Origin: Octopus vulgaris
Lineage: Eukaryota
Assembly: GCA_951406725.2 (NCBI GenBank)
Contig: OX597821.1
Span: 108,562,001-108,626,000, forward strand
Reading direction: 5' to 3'
Length of the DNA: 64,000 nt
Shown: one piece after another, positions 1-12,159 of the stretch
Layout: the number at the start of each line of letters is the position of its first letter
Numbering within the stretch: position 1 is the first letter of the stretch
Notes under the pieces: model-generated
Seen by the model: only the letters and a program-made list of their open reading frames with translations
Database searches by the model: none
What the model was told of the DNA's origin: nothing
Translations under genes and position numbers: made by a program

Positions 1-303
1 CATATATGAACCATTTTGTTGCACAATGCGTCTCCATCTTTCCTTTAACTTGAGAATACCCTCCTTATTTTTTTACTTCATCCAAAGAATTGAAATTTTT
101 ACCATTAAGACTATTCTGCAGACACCTGAATAAATGGAAATCCGAAGGAGCAATATCTGGTAAATATGAAGGGTCGGGTAACACATCCCAGCCGAGCTGC
201 AACAATTTTTGTCTGGTTCCCAAATCATCAAGTGCCGAAAATAAACTTTCTTATCTTCCAATTTAAAGGGTTGCAGAATTAACACAGGGTATAGGAACAT
301 AAA
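1..303 (-). mobile_element. Partial copy of an internally deleted mariner derivative (runs off the window edge), tandem with 343-901
   Basis: Aligns by eye to the internal part of 343-901, including the same deletion joining EDKKVxFRHL to GTRQKLLQLGWDVL. Confidence 0.85.
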
Positions 304-342
304 TGCTAGAAAGAACGACTAAATCTCCATCGCACTATTGTA

Positions 343-897
343 TTAGGTTGTCAGGAAAGTTCGTGCTGATTTTTAAAGGAAAGAAAAAGGTCAATAAATA
401 CTTGCCATTACATTTTTAATCAGCCATATATGAACCATTTTGTTGCACAATACGTCTCCATCTTTCCTTTAACTTGAGAATACCCTCCTCACAGAATTGA
501 GGCGGTTTCATGGCAAAGAATTCATCAAGATATCTTTTTACATCATCCAAGGAATTGAAATTTTTACCATTAAGACTATTCTGCAGAGACCTAAATAAGT
601 GAAAACCTGAAGGAGCAATACCTGGTGAATATGGAGGGTGGGATAACACATCCCAGCCGAGCTGTAGCAATTTTTGTCTGGTTCCCAAATAATCAAGTGC
701 CGAAAATGAACTTTCTCATCTTCAATTTTAAAGGGTTACGGAATTAACACAGGTAATAAGAACATAAACCTTCTTCCACGAAAAGATAGCTTCAACTATG
801 CTCTAAATGGAGGTGTAGTCAAATCCTATTTTATGTACTCAACCATGTTCTAAAATAAGGTACGCTACTATAAATCGGCACGAACTTTCCGGACAAC

Positions 898-901
<4 letters not shown>
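343..901 (-). mobile_element. Non-autonomous mariner (Tc1/mariner) element, ~560 bp, internally deleted transposase
   Basis: TIRs TTAGGTTGTCAGGAAAGTTCGTGCTGATTT / AAATCGGCACGAACTTTCCGGACAACCCAA, TA on both sides. ORF 416-688 has the mariner C-terminal motif HPPYSP(G/D)IAPS(G/D)FHLFRSLQN. Confidence 0.93.
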
Positions 902-936
<35 letters not shown>

Positions 937-1137
937 ATTGTATTATTAAAATACCATCACAAGTGGTAAGCGAATTATTAGCCATACAGGCAAATTAATA
1001 AAATATATACATACAATATTAGATATGTACATATATACATAAGGGTACTAAATGAGTAGCTATATCGCTCATGATAGAAGTCAAAAAATACTTCTGTACC
1101 ACCGAAAAGTCACAAATCTATTACAGACACCCAGACA

Positions 1138-1148
1138 TATATATATAT

Positions 1149-1215
<67 letters not shown>

Positions 1216-1330
1216 TAGATAGATAGATAAGTAGAAAAAAGATATAAATAGGTGGACACAGATATATGTATATGTATATATACACACACACACACAGATA
1301 TATATATATACACATACATATACATACATA
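1138..1330. repeat. Compound microsatellite (TA)n(GATA)n(CA)n(TACA)n
   Basis: Directly visible. Confidence 0.95.
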
Positions 1331-2018
1331 CATTTATATGTTTGTGTCTTTGTGTATTTGTGTTTGTGCGTTTGTGTGTGTATTACTTGTCTGTGTTTGA
1401 CTGTGCGTCCAGTAAATATATGTTGATGGAATATGAGGTCTTGGCGCCACTTTTTATTCTTTTATCTTTTTATTTAATTACTTATTCATTCTAATTTTTT
1501 TTTTCGCATTAATTGACATTTTCATTCCTTCAGTGTTTTCTTCGAAATCTTAACCTTGTCTGATTACTTAGGAGATTCTGGATTCAAAACAAACTCAAGA
1601 CCAAAATGAAGAATAAATTACCGAGAAAAAAACGAACATAGAAAAAATACAGAAAATAGTGTTATACAATAAATAAATATATATATGAAGGCATATTGCA
1701 GTTATATGATAAAGGATATAACCGATATCACATAACAGAGAATATTCGGAAAGTATCAGGGCTATGGCGTTTGGTGTTTACCAAAGTTTTATGCCTGTTA
1801 GTGATAAGGATTGCAATGGTGGTCGCAGTGGTTATAACGAAAACACTGTGGTATTGTTAAGAAAATATAGTAGCCACCGGAGTAGTTATAGTAGTATTGA
1901 TAATGTATTTTGGTTTATCATGCTGAAGCAGACACGCCTATAATCAAAGACATTCCAGCCGGAATCATCGCGTCGATTTATATTTTATCTTCTTTTTTTT
2001 TTTTTTTTTTACATGAAC

Positions 2019-2411
2019 TGTGACGCGAAGCTGCGATGGAAAATAAACAATCGGAATATTTTAAACTTTTAATGGCAATTTCACTGCAGTTTATCGTGAA
2101 GAAATATTTCTCGCTTTTGCCAAAAGGTGCAAATACACCACTGCCAGCTCAGTGGTGCCCTCTACTGGACCCCTTGATGCATTCCCGTCTCTAGGATATT
2201 CAATGATTTATTATGAAGCTATGGCTTTTTAGCCTGCTAAAACTTATATTTTGTCTGGAACGCCCTCCTGATAATGAAGCAGAAATACAGCTTTGAGTCC
2301 AAGAGGTGGCGCCACTGAGCTGATAATAGTGTAATTACACCTTTTACTTTAAGCGAGGAATTTTTTACTCAACTGCATTGAAGTTGCCGTTAGAAGTTTA
2401 AATACGTCACA
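2019..2411. mobile_element. Foldback/MITE-like element with long imperfect inverted arms
   Basis: ~2058-2172 is the imperfect reverse complement of ~2295-2404 (e.g. AAAAGGTGCAAATACAC...CAGCTCAGTGGTGCC vs GGCGCCACTGAGCTG...GTGTAATTACACCTTTT). Confidence 0.7.
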
Positions 2412-2786
2412 AGAATATTTGTGGAAGCCTAACGTAAATTTTAATTTTGTTTCGAAACTTTGTGAAGAAAATGAACAAATGTTCATTTCAAAAACAGTAA
2501 GGGAGAGATTTGAGGGAGGGTTTCGGGTGCTTTCTTTTCCAAATGTAACCAAATGTGACCTGTCATTCTCTCGTAGCGTCTGTATTTCTCAGCATCATTA
2601 CAGGGTACTACTACAAGGCGGTTCTGTTCAATTTGTGACCGACAACTTCTTGTTCCCATTTGATAGTTGATAAAAAGTAATGAAAAGCAAATCTTGCCAT
2701 GCTATCTATGTCATGTATGTATGTATGTATGCATGTATGTATGTATGTATGTATGTATGTATGTATGTATGTATGTATATATATAT

Positions 2787-3125
2787 ATATTATTAGTGAA
2801 TTGAAGAAATGGAGTTGAACGAAGATTGAACAGAAATCGTTTTATTGCATTCTACACGTGTTTCGAAAGCCACAATTTACCAAATTCCAAATTGTGGCTT
2901 TCGAAACACGTGTAGAATGCAATAAAACGATTTCTGTTCAATCTTCGTTCAACTCCATTTCTTCAATTCACTAATAATATTAAAATTCAATTATACCAAC
3001 GCACGGTTGCAACACCATATGGTTGTACCTCCAACCGTGCTTTCTTCTGCTGTGATTTTTGCTACCAAGGTATCGGTTAAACTTTTGATTAATCTGCAAC
3101 AAGATTATTCATCTTTCTATTTCAC

Positions 3126-3128
<3 letters not shown>
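2787..3128 (+). mobile_element. Penelope-like terminal structure: perfect inverted repeat plus tail, embedded in (TA)n
   Basis: Arms 2787-2878 and 2889-2980 are exact reverse complements. The right arm reads GAAACACGTGTA...AATAAA. A deleted relative lies at 28832-28962. Confidence 0.6.
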
Positions 3129-3160
<32 letters not shown>

Positions 3161-3329
3161 TTATAGATATATAGATATAAAAGAATATAAAGATGAAAAT
3201 CACGTTAAGGATTTTTATCAAGTAGTCCGCATTCTATAAAAATTTATAGGCAATTAATACATTAAATTAATAACAATGTGCATATGTATTAATTGCCTAT
3301 ATGTATGTATGTGTATATATATATACATA

Positions 3330-3570
3330 CAGGGTTGGCCAAAATTCATTCGGCAGTAAATCAAAATTCCGTAAATACTCAATATTCAATTTTACTACTT
3401 TATTCCAATTATGAATGTTTAACAATTGAGTGCTGTGAGTTAAAATCACCGTTTTTCTTTTTGCAACATTTCTGTATTTTTAGTCAAGTCTCATATAAAA
3501 TATTATTTTGTTTTAACCTTGAAATTAAATGGGTTTTGATTTACTGTCAGGTGACTTTTGGCCGACTCTG
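3330..3570. mobile_element. Tc1/mariner-superfamily MITE, ~240 bp
   Basis: TIRs CAGGGTTGGCCAAAATTCATTCGGCAGTAAATC / GATTTACTGTCAGGTGACTTTTGGCCGACTCTG, flanked by TA. Confidence 0.8.
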
Positions 3571-3617
3571 TATGTACGTGTGCATACATGCATATAAATA
3601 AGCATACATGTGTTTAT

Positions 3618-3656
<39 letters not shown>

Positions 3657-4084
3657 CATGTGTGTGTGTTGAGCACGTGCGCGTGTATGCGTGCCTGTGT
3701 GTCAGAATAGAAAACTGAACCACCCCTCACTGGCTCTTTTGGCAATGTGGTTTCTGCTCATGCTTTAATTATAATCATCGTACTAATATCGTGATGGAGC
3801 AGAATTGCATCGCAGTACCAAGGTAGGCACTGTTTATTCTGTGTGCTTATGAAAAGGGTTAGTTTAGAATTGTCTTTTTGGTGCGAAAATGACTTATTAA
3901 TCCCATGAAAATTTTTTAAATTATTAATTGCATCGACTGAATTCACCTTCTGCTGGAAATGACTGCTAAATCTCGATTAGTCCGCTATCATAGTCAATAT
4001 TATCGACTAACTTTCTGCCACTAGATTTTTGACACCCTACCAATGTTAAACATAAAAGGGGAATTATATTTTGGTGTATCTTAT

Positions 4085-4480
4085 ATCCGTCTTCTTCGTG
4101 CACTGTTCCTGGAAGTCTCGTGAACGTAGTGTCCTCAGGCACCTCCTCCATTGGGTTCTAACAGAAGCAAAAATCATTACAATTTCCGGCTACATTTCGA
4201 AGCGTGAACAACTGTAGCTTTGGATATTATCCATCCATCTCGTTCCCGGACTATCCAGGTGGTCTCCTGCTGATTGGTCAGGATTGAACAATAGCTCTTA
4301 TGATTCATTCTTGTGACTTTTTAATCATACGTCTGTAATACCGCAACTGTGACTTCTCAATGTGGAAAAGTATTGGCCTGACCAGGAGAGACTTTTGATC
4401 TTCTGTCTATGCACCTTGTCAAAACTTTGCACTAAGGAGAAAGTACCATGTCAGCTGTGCACCTCAGAGTCCTTTGAAAA
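4085..4480 (-). mobile_element. Decayed RTE-like LINE 3' fragment
   Basis: Minus-strand translation with stops: LRYYRRM...RRPPG*SGTRWMDNI...RTQWRR, resembling the RPxGRPxxRWxD..W C-terminus of RTE ORF2. Confidence 0.55.
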
Positions 4481-5364
4481 CGCTTTTCTCCAACTACTTA
4501 AGCGACATTCCAAATAAATTTGATCGTGTAGAAATAGGATTTTCTAAAACATAAACGTTTTCAAAATATAGTTCTTAAAAATAAATTAAATGATAGAACG
4601 CTTTCAGTCTAACCTAATACATTACTACACTCCATAAGGTCAATTTTCATTTCATAATGTATGTTTGAGTAAGAATAAGAGTACGTCTCTAAAATAGCAA
4701 CGTTTCTTTTAGTTTTCGGTTCAATAATAATCTATTATAGGAGCATTAGTAACGATCAACATACATTTTCTCCTAATAATACATTAATTAAAATTGATTA
4801 ACCTTAGACTCAATTAACGTCTCGCCGTTAATTTGACTGATTTAATTATTCAGCATTCAATTCAAAATTTCCTTTTAAGCCATGAATTTTATCAAGGTTC
4901 ATTACGGCTATTTCATCTTTGTTGCTTTTGATGTTAACTTTATCACAACTTGATACTCTATCTTTTCATATTAAAATGATTGCAAGTTTACATAACGAAC
5001 AAATAAATACTCCACTCCAGCATATATATATATATATGTTAGACTCTATATTTTATTTTATCATTACAGCATTTTAATACTCTTAAAATTTAACCTATTC
5101 GCTAAACTATTCACTTTCAATTACGATTTTAATCTGACATAATATATGTTATTAATCATATATTTGATGAACATATTTCAGTGTAATAACTTACATACAA
5201 AAATGCCGTCACAAACAAAATGTAATATTATATGTATATAAATATCTACTTTGTTACAACTGTAAAAAATATAATTACAATGGCTGGTTGCAATGTTGTA
5301 TATTCATATATCTAAGAATATGGAAATGTTGTTTGAAAAACCTCAACTCAGCGTATTTCTAATA

Positions 5365-6258
5365 TATTTTGTTATCCCATTAATGCGGTTTTTTCAGTTG
5401 CATGAACTAAAACTCGGAGGGGACAGGATAAACTACCTGCATCAACTTGCTAAAAAAGCAGGTAGTAATTCTACCGTGTCCTTATTCTTAGTGCAAGTTT
5501 TGAAGAGTACACTCAATTTTAACAATTATTGTTTCGAAGCTATAATGGAAGTGACAAAGGGGCATATTTGGCATGTTTTCTTTATGAGTTCAATAAAGGC
5601 AACAACGCAACGGAACGTGCGAGGATTATTAATGCAGTATATGGGGATCGGACAAAAAGTGTAAGCCAGTGTTTAACGGTGGTTCCAGAAATTCCGATCC
5701 GGAAACTACAGCTGAGAAGAAGAGCCTCGTTCTGGAAGATCTGTAGAGCTGGACGAGGACGTCCTGCAAATCCTGGTGGAACAAATTCCCATTATAACTG
5801 TTGAGAAACTAACAGAGAAGCTTGGATTTGGTCATTCAACCAGTCATTCAAGTCAGTGCTAGAAGAAAAATGACTATTTTTGGTTTGAAGACGAAAGGCG
5901 TTCTTCCATCAGGATAATGCTCGGCCACATACAGCGAGGATGACATTCCAAAGGCTGGAACAGTTTGAATGAGAAAGGATGCTCCACCTACCATATTCGC
6001 CGGACATTGCCTCATCTGGTTATCATTTATTCTGCAGTCTTCAAAATCATTTGGATGGAAAAAAATATGAATTCTGTAGACGAGTGTGAGCAATACTGAA
6101 AGAGTATTTTTCGTCACGGACAAGGGAATTTTGGAAGAGGATCCTGGTGAGTCTTAGATGGAAGATCATCTTAGATTAAAAAAGAACTTTGTTTATCTTA
6201 ATTTTGAAAAATAAAAGCGGTATAAAAAATCTGTATTTTTTATTGGATGACCCATGTA
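5365..6258 (+). mobile_element. Decayed, internally deleted mariner transposon
   Basis: Frameshifted transposase: MEVTKGHIWH..FLYEFNKGNNATE..INAVYG..WFQKFRSG..EPRSGR, then HQDNARPH..PYSPDIA..YHLF. Degenerate TIRs near 5365 and 6258. Confidence 0.88.
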
Positions 6259-6264
6259 GACTTA

Positions 6265-7085
6265 TTGTTTCGGGATGTTGTGCATCGGCTGAGACGCGTT
6301 TTCCACTGTTGAATGTAGTGATGGAACTTTTACGAAGTGTTGCCTTGTAACGCCTCCGTCGTTTTTTCCTTTACGTTTTCTGCATCTCGAAATTCCGTAG
6401 CCCTACCTTTCGTCGCTAATGATGTCCTGCTAAAAAAGGTCCGGATCAAATTCCAACTGTTTCTTTCAGTCCACGACACACATTCAGTCGTGACTGCTTT
6501 TGATCTTCCGTGAGAAAGTGAGCTATAAATTTTGCTGCAATTCTCTTCATTCGCAGTTCCTTGCTAAAAATTCGTTGGCAAGAATTCCAGGACATACCAG
6601 TTATATCACACAAGTTCGTCAATTGTTCGGTGATGGTCCTCCAAGATCACTTCATTAATTTTCATAATGTTTTTATTCGTTCGGGAGGTCTACAGTCACC
6701 TTGAACGAGGGTGGGCTTCAAGCGACAAGTGACCATTCCTAAAGCGTGTAAACCATTGGTAAACTTGTGTTTTCATCATGGCAGCATCATTCTAAGCTGT
6801 TTGAAGTATGTGAACTGTTTGGACCGGTGTTTTTCGTAGCAGAAAACAGAATTGCATGGAAGCACGTAGTTCCTTCGCTTTATCTGTCGCAAAGATTGAC
6901 GAACAGGGGAGAGACACTGAAAAGTAAAGACGCATCACGTGTCAGCAGGACTCCACAGGACCACGCCGGTCGGCAGGCTGATACCTGAAGGTTGCATCAG
7001 GTGGCTACTAGTGGCGCAAGACTAAACTACAAGGGGCTTGTCACACAGAGTACGCTTCCGGTTACTTTTGGGTACCTTATCTTAC
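6265..7085 (-). mobile_element. Decayed mariner transposon of a second subfamily, internally deleted
   Basis: Minus-strand remnants: QFCFLLRKT..KTQVYQWFTRFRNG..HPRS..RTIDEL..ELRMKRIAAKFI.HFLTEDQKQSRL..DPDLF, then QQWKTRLSRC. Confidence 0.75.
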
Positions 7086-7597
7086 ATACATATATACATA
7101 CACACACACACATACATAAATGCATACACACACATACATACATACATACATACATACATACATACATACATACATACATACATACATACATACATACATA
7201 CATACACGCACACATATATTGTATGATCTTGAGATAAGTAAAGGCAATAATAAATATTGATAACAAAAAGCGAAGCAAACAGTCATCAAGCTTTTGCAAT
7301 TAAAAATAAGAAATATTCATTTTGATACCAACAGCAGCAGTGTAAATATCACCAACGACAAACACAACAGCAGCAACAGTAACTACAACATCAGCATCAC
7401 GATAAGAAAAGGAATTATTGATGTAAATATCAGACACGAAATATTTGACGGCATAGAGAATATCGTCAGTTTTTAGCGATAACATATTAGAACTAAAAGT
7501 GATAAAAAGCTTTTTCAAGACCACCACGAAATTTCCGCATGTCATTTAAACTCAAGCATTTTCCCTTACAAATATTTATTATGTATTAAAGATTGGT

Positions 7598-7715
7598 GAA
7601 GGCGCGTGGGCTACTGTTTAGGGTTCTGCACTCAATGTGGAAAGTTGTAGGTCGATGGGTTGTGTTCTGGAGCAAAACACTTCATTTTACGCGGCTCCAT
7701 TCTAAGTGAGTAACG
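7598..7715 (+). mobile_element. tRNA-derived SINE head/CORE fragment (body continues at 8381-8525; diverged relative at ~24495-24712)
   Basis: GAAGGCGCGTGG head and TGTGTTCTGGAGCAAAACACTTCA CORE-like block. The 8381-8525 piece repeats GAGCAAAACACTTCA and has CTGCGGTGGACTGGCGTCCCATCCA. Confidence 0.55.
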
Positions 7716-7780
7716 CTAACGATTCTGCCAGCTCGCCGCCTTCATAATAATAATAATAATAATAACAATAATAATAATAA

Positions 7781-8262
7781 TTGTTTTGTCTTGGTATAAA
7801 AGATGGGCTACAGCAAATATTCTGCTCAATACCACGGATTTGCTTGTCAGTTGTTTGACTTTAACTAGTTGAGCATATCCCTTAGTGGCTGACGATATGT
7901 GCATCTCTGATCACGAGCAGAAGTAGTGGGGGAGCATCATAGCCACGTGTTGAACGGGACTCTTTGGGGTTTGAATAATTCACCTCTGGAAACATGGGTG
8001 GTTTGTTCAACATCCTTAAACAACCCTTATTCAGGGACCTTTTGAGTGGAATGGGTTACTCGACCAGAAGAAAATTCTAACTGGGCCCAACCTGCAAGGT
8101 CATGCACTGTTTATCTTGATATGAGATCACCATGACGCGCACATATGGTTGTGATGCATATGCCTGGTGTACCCTTATCAGACGGGTAGTCATGATGGGT
8201 ATACGGGGCTTCGTATATCTTACCCCAGTGTCACTTTGATGACATGCACTGCTCTCTCACTC
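7781..8262 (+). mobile_element. (AAT)n-embedded non-coding retroelement 3' end (probable Dong/R4-clade 3' UTR or non-autonomous partner)
   Basis: Flanked by (AAT)n on both sides and ends CTCTCTCACTC-(AAT)n. A closely similar 5'-truncated copy at 29446-29783 has the same 3' end and repeat context. Confidence 0.7.
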
Positions 8263-8307
8263 AATAACAATAATAATAATAATAATGATAATAATAATAA
8301 CAACAAC

Positions 8308-8354
<47 letters not shown>

Positions 8355-8534
8355 CGACAAAAACAACAACAACAACAACTGAGCAAAACACTTCACTTTA
8401 CTCAGCTAGCAAAAATGAGTAACGCTGCGGTGGACTGGCGTCCCATCCAACTGGGGAAAACATACGCCATTGAAACCGGGAAACCGGGTCCATGAGCCTG
8501 GCCAGGCTTTAAAAGGGCGCACTTATTAATTGTT

Positions 8535-8537
<3 letters not shown>

Positions 8538-8616
<79 letters not shown>

Positions 8617-8845
8617 TTATTATTATTATTGTGGTGGTGGTGGTGGTGGTAGTTGTGGTGGTTGTGGTGGTGGTGTTTGTGGTAGTGATGGTTGGGGTGG
8701 TAGTGGTGGTTGTGGTGGTGGTGGTGCAGCTGCTGGTGCTGGTCGCGCCCTTGTGAAAGGCGGTTGCAATGGCGGCAGCGGCGACGGCGGTGGTGGCGGT
8801 GGCGTGCGGCTATGGCAACGGCGGTGACGGTCGCGGTGATGATAT
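8538..8845. repeat. (AAT)n followed by degenerate (GGT/GGC)n low-complexity tract
   Basis: Directly visible; explains ORFs 8535-8978, 8626-8877 and 8710-8901. Confidence 0.9.
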
Positions 8846-9584
8846 TTGGTTTTAGCGGCGTTTTTGCTTCTAAACATGCAAGCTTACCAAAGTCAGCGTG
8901 AATGGAACCGAAGACATCAATCAACTCTTTAATTAATCTCCGTGGACATCCGACATCAAATTGAAATTGCGTTTTCATGTAAAGACAGCCATTCCTCTCT
9001 GCAAAAAATGTTTGTTTAGGTTATGGATACAGCTGTATAGCGAAACCTATGAGAGCGTCTGTGTGATCGGCAGCGTGAGTTACATGTGTGTGTATGTGTG
9101 TGTGCGTGTGTCTGTGTATGTGTGTGAATGCATGCATGCGCGTGCGTGTTTGTGTGTGAGTGTGTGTGTGCGTAAACACGCACTGGAGTGAACGCACGTG
9201 TATATGTATTTATGCAAGTTGGTATATAGAAGACGCACGTTTTTATATATGCGCGTGAGTGTGTGTGTTGCTATTTATACATACGTGCACACACACATAT
9301 GCTTACATACACACGAACAGACACATGCGCGCGTGCACACACAAAAGCACATACATACATATACTTACATACACACAAACACAAACACACACACACATAT
9401 ATATATACATACTTACACACTCACATGCAAATACACACACACACACATACACAGACACACACGTTTGTATGCACGTTCTTAAGCGTGTTGGTACGTTACC
9501 ATGTCTTCTATGGATATAAATTAACAAATATGCGTATGAAGAAAAACACATATTAACATACAAACTTACATACATTATATATAT

Positions 9585-10010
9585 CCTTTTATTCTTTTAC
9601 TTGCTTCAGTCATTTGACTGCGGCCATGCTGGAGCACCGCCTTTAGTCGAACAAATCGACGCCAGAACTTATTCTTTGTAAGCCTAGCACTTATTCTATC
9701 GGTATGTTTTGCCGAAACCGCTAAGTTACGGGGACGTAAACACAGAGGCATCGGTTGTCGAGCGATGTCGTGGGGGGTGGGGAGGAAACACAAACACACA
9801 AACACTCACAAATACATACGAACACACACACACACACTCATATATATACGACAGGCTTCTTTCAGTTTCCGTCTACCGAATCCACTCACAAGGCTTTGCT
9901 TGGCCCGAGGCTATAGTAGAAGACGCTTAGCTCAAGGTGCTACACAACGGCACTGAACGACTGATCCTGGAACCATGTGGTCGGTAAGCAAGATACTTAC
10001 CACACAGCCA
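9585..10010 (-). mobile_element. CORE-type tRNA SINE (octopus OR/OK-like), near full length; deleted copy at 10135-10432
   Basis: Family motifs CCTTGRGCAAG..CTTCTACTATAGCC, GTGAGTGGATTTGGTAGACGGAAACTGAAAGAAGCC, central microsatellite and tail GGCGGTGCTCCAGCATGGCCGCAGTCAAATGACTGAA. Confidence 0.88.
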
Positions 10011-10036
10011 TATATATACACGTGTATATATGTATA

Positions 10037-10067
<31 letters not shown>

Positions 10068-10435
10068 TTGTGTCTATGTGTGTGTGTGTGTGTGTGCATG
10101 TATATTCTTATATTCTTATATTATTTTGTTCTTTTATTCATTTCTTGTTTCAACCATTTGACTGCGGCAGTGCTGGAGCACAGCTTTGAAGGGTTACAGT
10201 CAAACAAATAGAGACCAGTTACGGGTACATAAACATACCAATACCATTTGTCGAGCGATGATGATGGAACAAACACAGCCACAAGCACATACATAAATAT
10301 ATACATGTATGTATCTTCTACCAGCTTCATTCAGTTTCTGTCTACCAAATCAACCAAAGACAGTAACGCAAGGTACCACGCAGTGGGAGTGAACCCGGAA
10401 CCATGTGGTTGGGAAGCAAGCTTATTACCACTCGG

Positions 10436-10469
<34 letters not shown>

Positions 10470-10969
10470 TTTCTTTTCCTCTTCTCTGTCACGTGACTGT
10501 TGGCCGAAATCTGCCTTTCAGCTCCTGACCCTCGTCGTGTTAACATCGCTGTTTTCGTCCGCCGCTATAAAGGCTTTTTCCAATGCGCCAGAGAAAAAAT
10601 TTGTTTGCTTGTTATCAGTCGTAAGACACTGTTGTTTTCACCGTTAATGCTTCTGTATTTCATGTTTCTGTATTCCATTATTGTTTTTTGTTTTTTTATA
10701 TCTGTCCCTTTTGCTGTCCTGGTGTTCGTATGCATTCGATCCTTCTTCCAGGAAATTTACGCTTCCAGCTTAGTTTTTCTAATGCTCGTTGCTTAGTTTT
10801 TCTTGGAGGGCTGGCCGTGATCTAGTAATCTCAAGATTAATCAGCCGAAATTACTACGATGATCCGGTTCTTGACTGAAGACTGAGGGTTTCGAATGTCC
10901 TGTCCGTGTTTATTGTATCGTCTTCTAAGAGTTATACGTTCTTGTCCATGTTGTATTTTTCTACATACC

Positions 10970-11001
<32 letters not shown>

Positions 11002-11003
<2 letters not shown>

Positions 11004-11524
11004 GGCATGACTGATCTCGATCTTTGGGGCCACCTTAAAGCATTGTAAATCTATTCTCTCAAGCGGCGCTGTGAGTGATATATCATTTGCACGACGTGGA
11101 TAATATACCACCAGCATTGCCCAAACGACTTCAACATTAACCTCAAACTTCATCCAAAGCTAGGACCACGTGCTACACGTCCCCAACCCAATTCAGGATA
11201 ACAAATACAATACCCTATTAGCGATTATCCCTGCCCTATTTAGCAATTGTCCCTGCCCTATTTAGCAATTGTCCCGAAACAGATCAAAGAGGAAAAGGAT
11301 GCCATCACCTTTAAACGGAATGCGGAAAAATTTCTTCAAGGAATACCAGATAAGAGACCTATACTGGATACAATTCATTCAACAAGAACTTCCTAACTCC
11401 AATGTGCCATGATAGCACGGAACTTAACTTAACAAGGACTTAGCTAATCCTATCAAGTTAGACTTAGCTAATCCTATTCAGTTAGACATGGCCTGGACCA
11501 ATCATTGATCGAAACTTATCTAAG

Positions 11525-11526
<2 letters not shown>
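11002..11526 (+). mobile_element. CR1-clade LINE 3' fragment between (TA)n tracts
   Basis: Similar to 15475-15854 (PALF..VPKQIKEEKDAITFKRN..KFLQGIPDK) with the same 3' end GACCAATCATTG(A/G)TCGAAA..CTAAGTT. Confidence 0.8.
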
Positions 11527-11558
<32 letters not shown>

Positions 11559-11895
11559 CTTAGTGGTTCGGCAAAAGAGACCGACCAACAAAATAAGTAA
11601 TAGGCTTACAAAGAATAAGTCCTGGGGTCGATTTGTTCGATTAGAGTCGGTGCTCCAGCATGGCTGCCGTCAAATGAGTGAAACACATAAAGGAATGAAA
11701 GAATATATGCATGTGTGTGTGTCTGCGTGTGTGTGTGCGTGTGTGGTACTTGACTGATGAGAGAAAACCAAGAATGACCCGTCTCTTTTTTGCCTGTCCT
11801 TCTAATTGTTGTTTCTCTTGTCCACTTTTGTGTCGTCTATCAGTCCGAACGTTTTAATGCCCCTCTATTGCGTTTTTGTTCCATTTATATATATG

Positions 11896-11931
<36 letters not shown>

Positions 11932-11937
11932 GATATA

Positions 11938-12159
11938 CAGGATGCGGCAGAAGTAACGCTCTTTCTGCGCTTAACAGCTTTTATAGTATATAAATGTTTA
12001 TCAAATAATTTCTTATTGAACAGAAATTTATTGCATTACTTAAAGAAACGATAATAACAAAACTAATGACAAAAATCGCAGAAGTTTCAGAAAAGAAGAG
12101 ACTCAATTAGGAACGAGAAAACTCAAATACAAAAGTGCGTCACTGCTGCCGCACCCTTG
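11938..12159. mobile_element. Tc1/pogo-type MITE, copy 1
   Basis: TIR CAGGATGCGGCAGAAGTAACGC / GCGTCACTGCTGCCGCACCCT; internal sequence shared with 12908-13143. Confidence 0.75.

Noticed and set aside
935-1135. Short complex inserts between (TA)n tracts (also ~3175-3295, 12650-12825, 28995-29160)
   Set aside because: Probably retroelement termini, but no TIR, ORF, ribozyme or second copy in the window to support a call.
10800-10900. Hammerhead-like GGCTGG...TCAGCC-GAAA and CTGAAGA in a (TA)n-embedded element (10470-10972)
   Set aside because: The 5' box reads CTTGGAG and stems I/III do not form; the downstream CTGAAGA lacks a paired stem II.
11754-11790. CTGATGA-GAGA...TCTC hammerhead start
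   Set aside because: No GAAA box or stem III. CTGANGA at ~16472, 26457(-), 33746, 55089 and 61638 likewise lack the fold.
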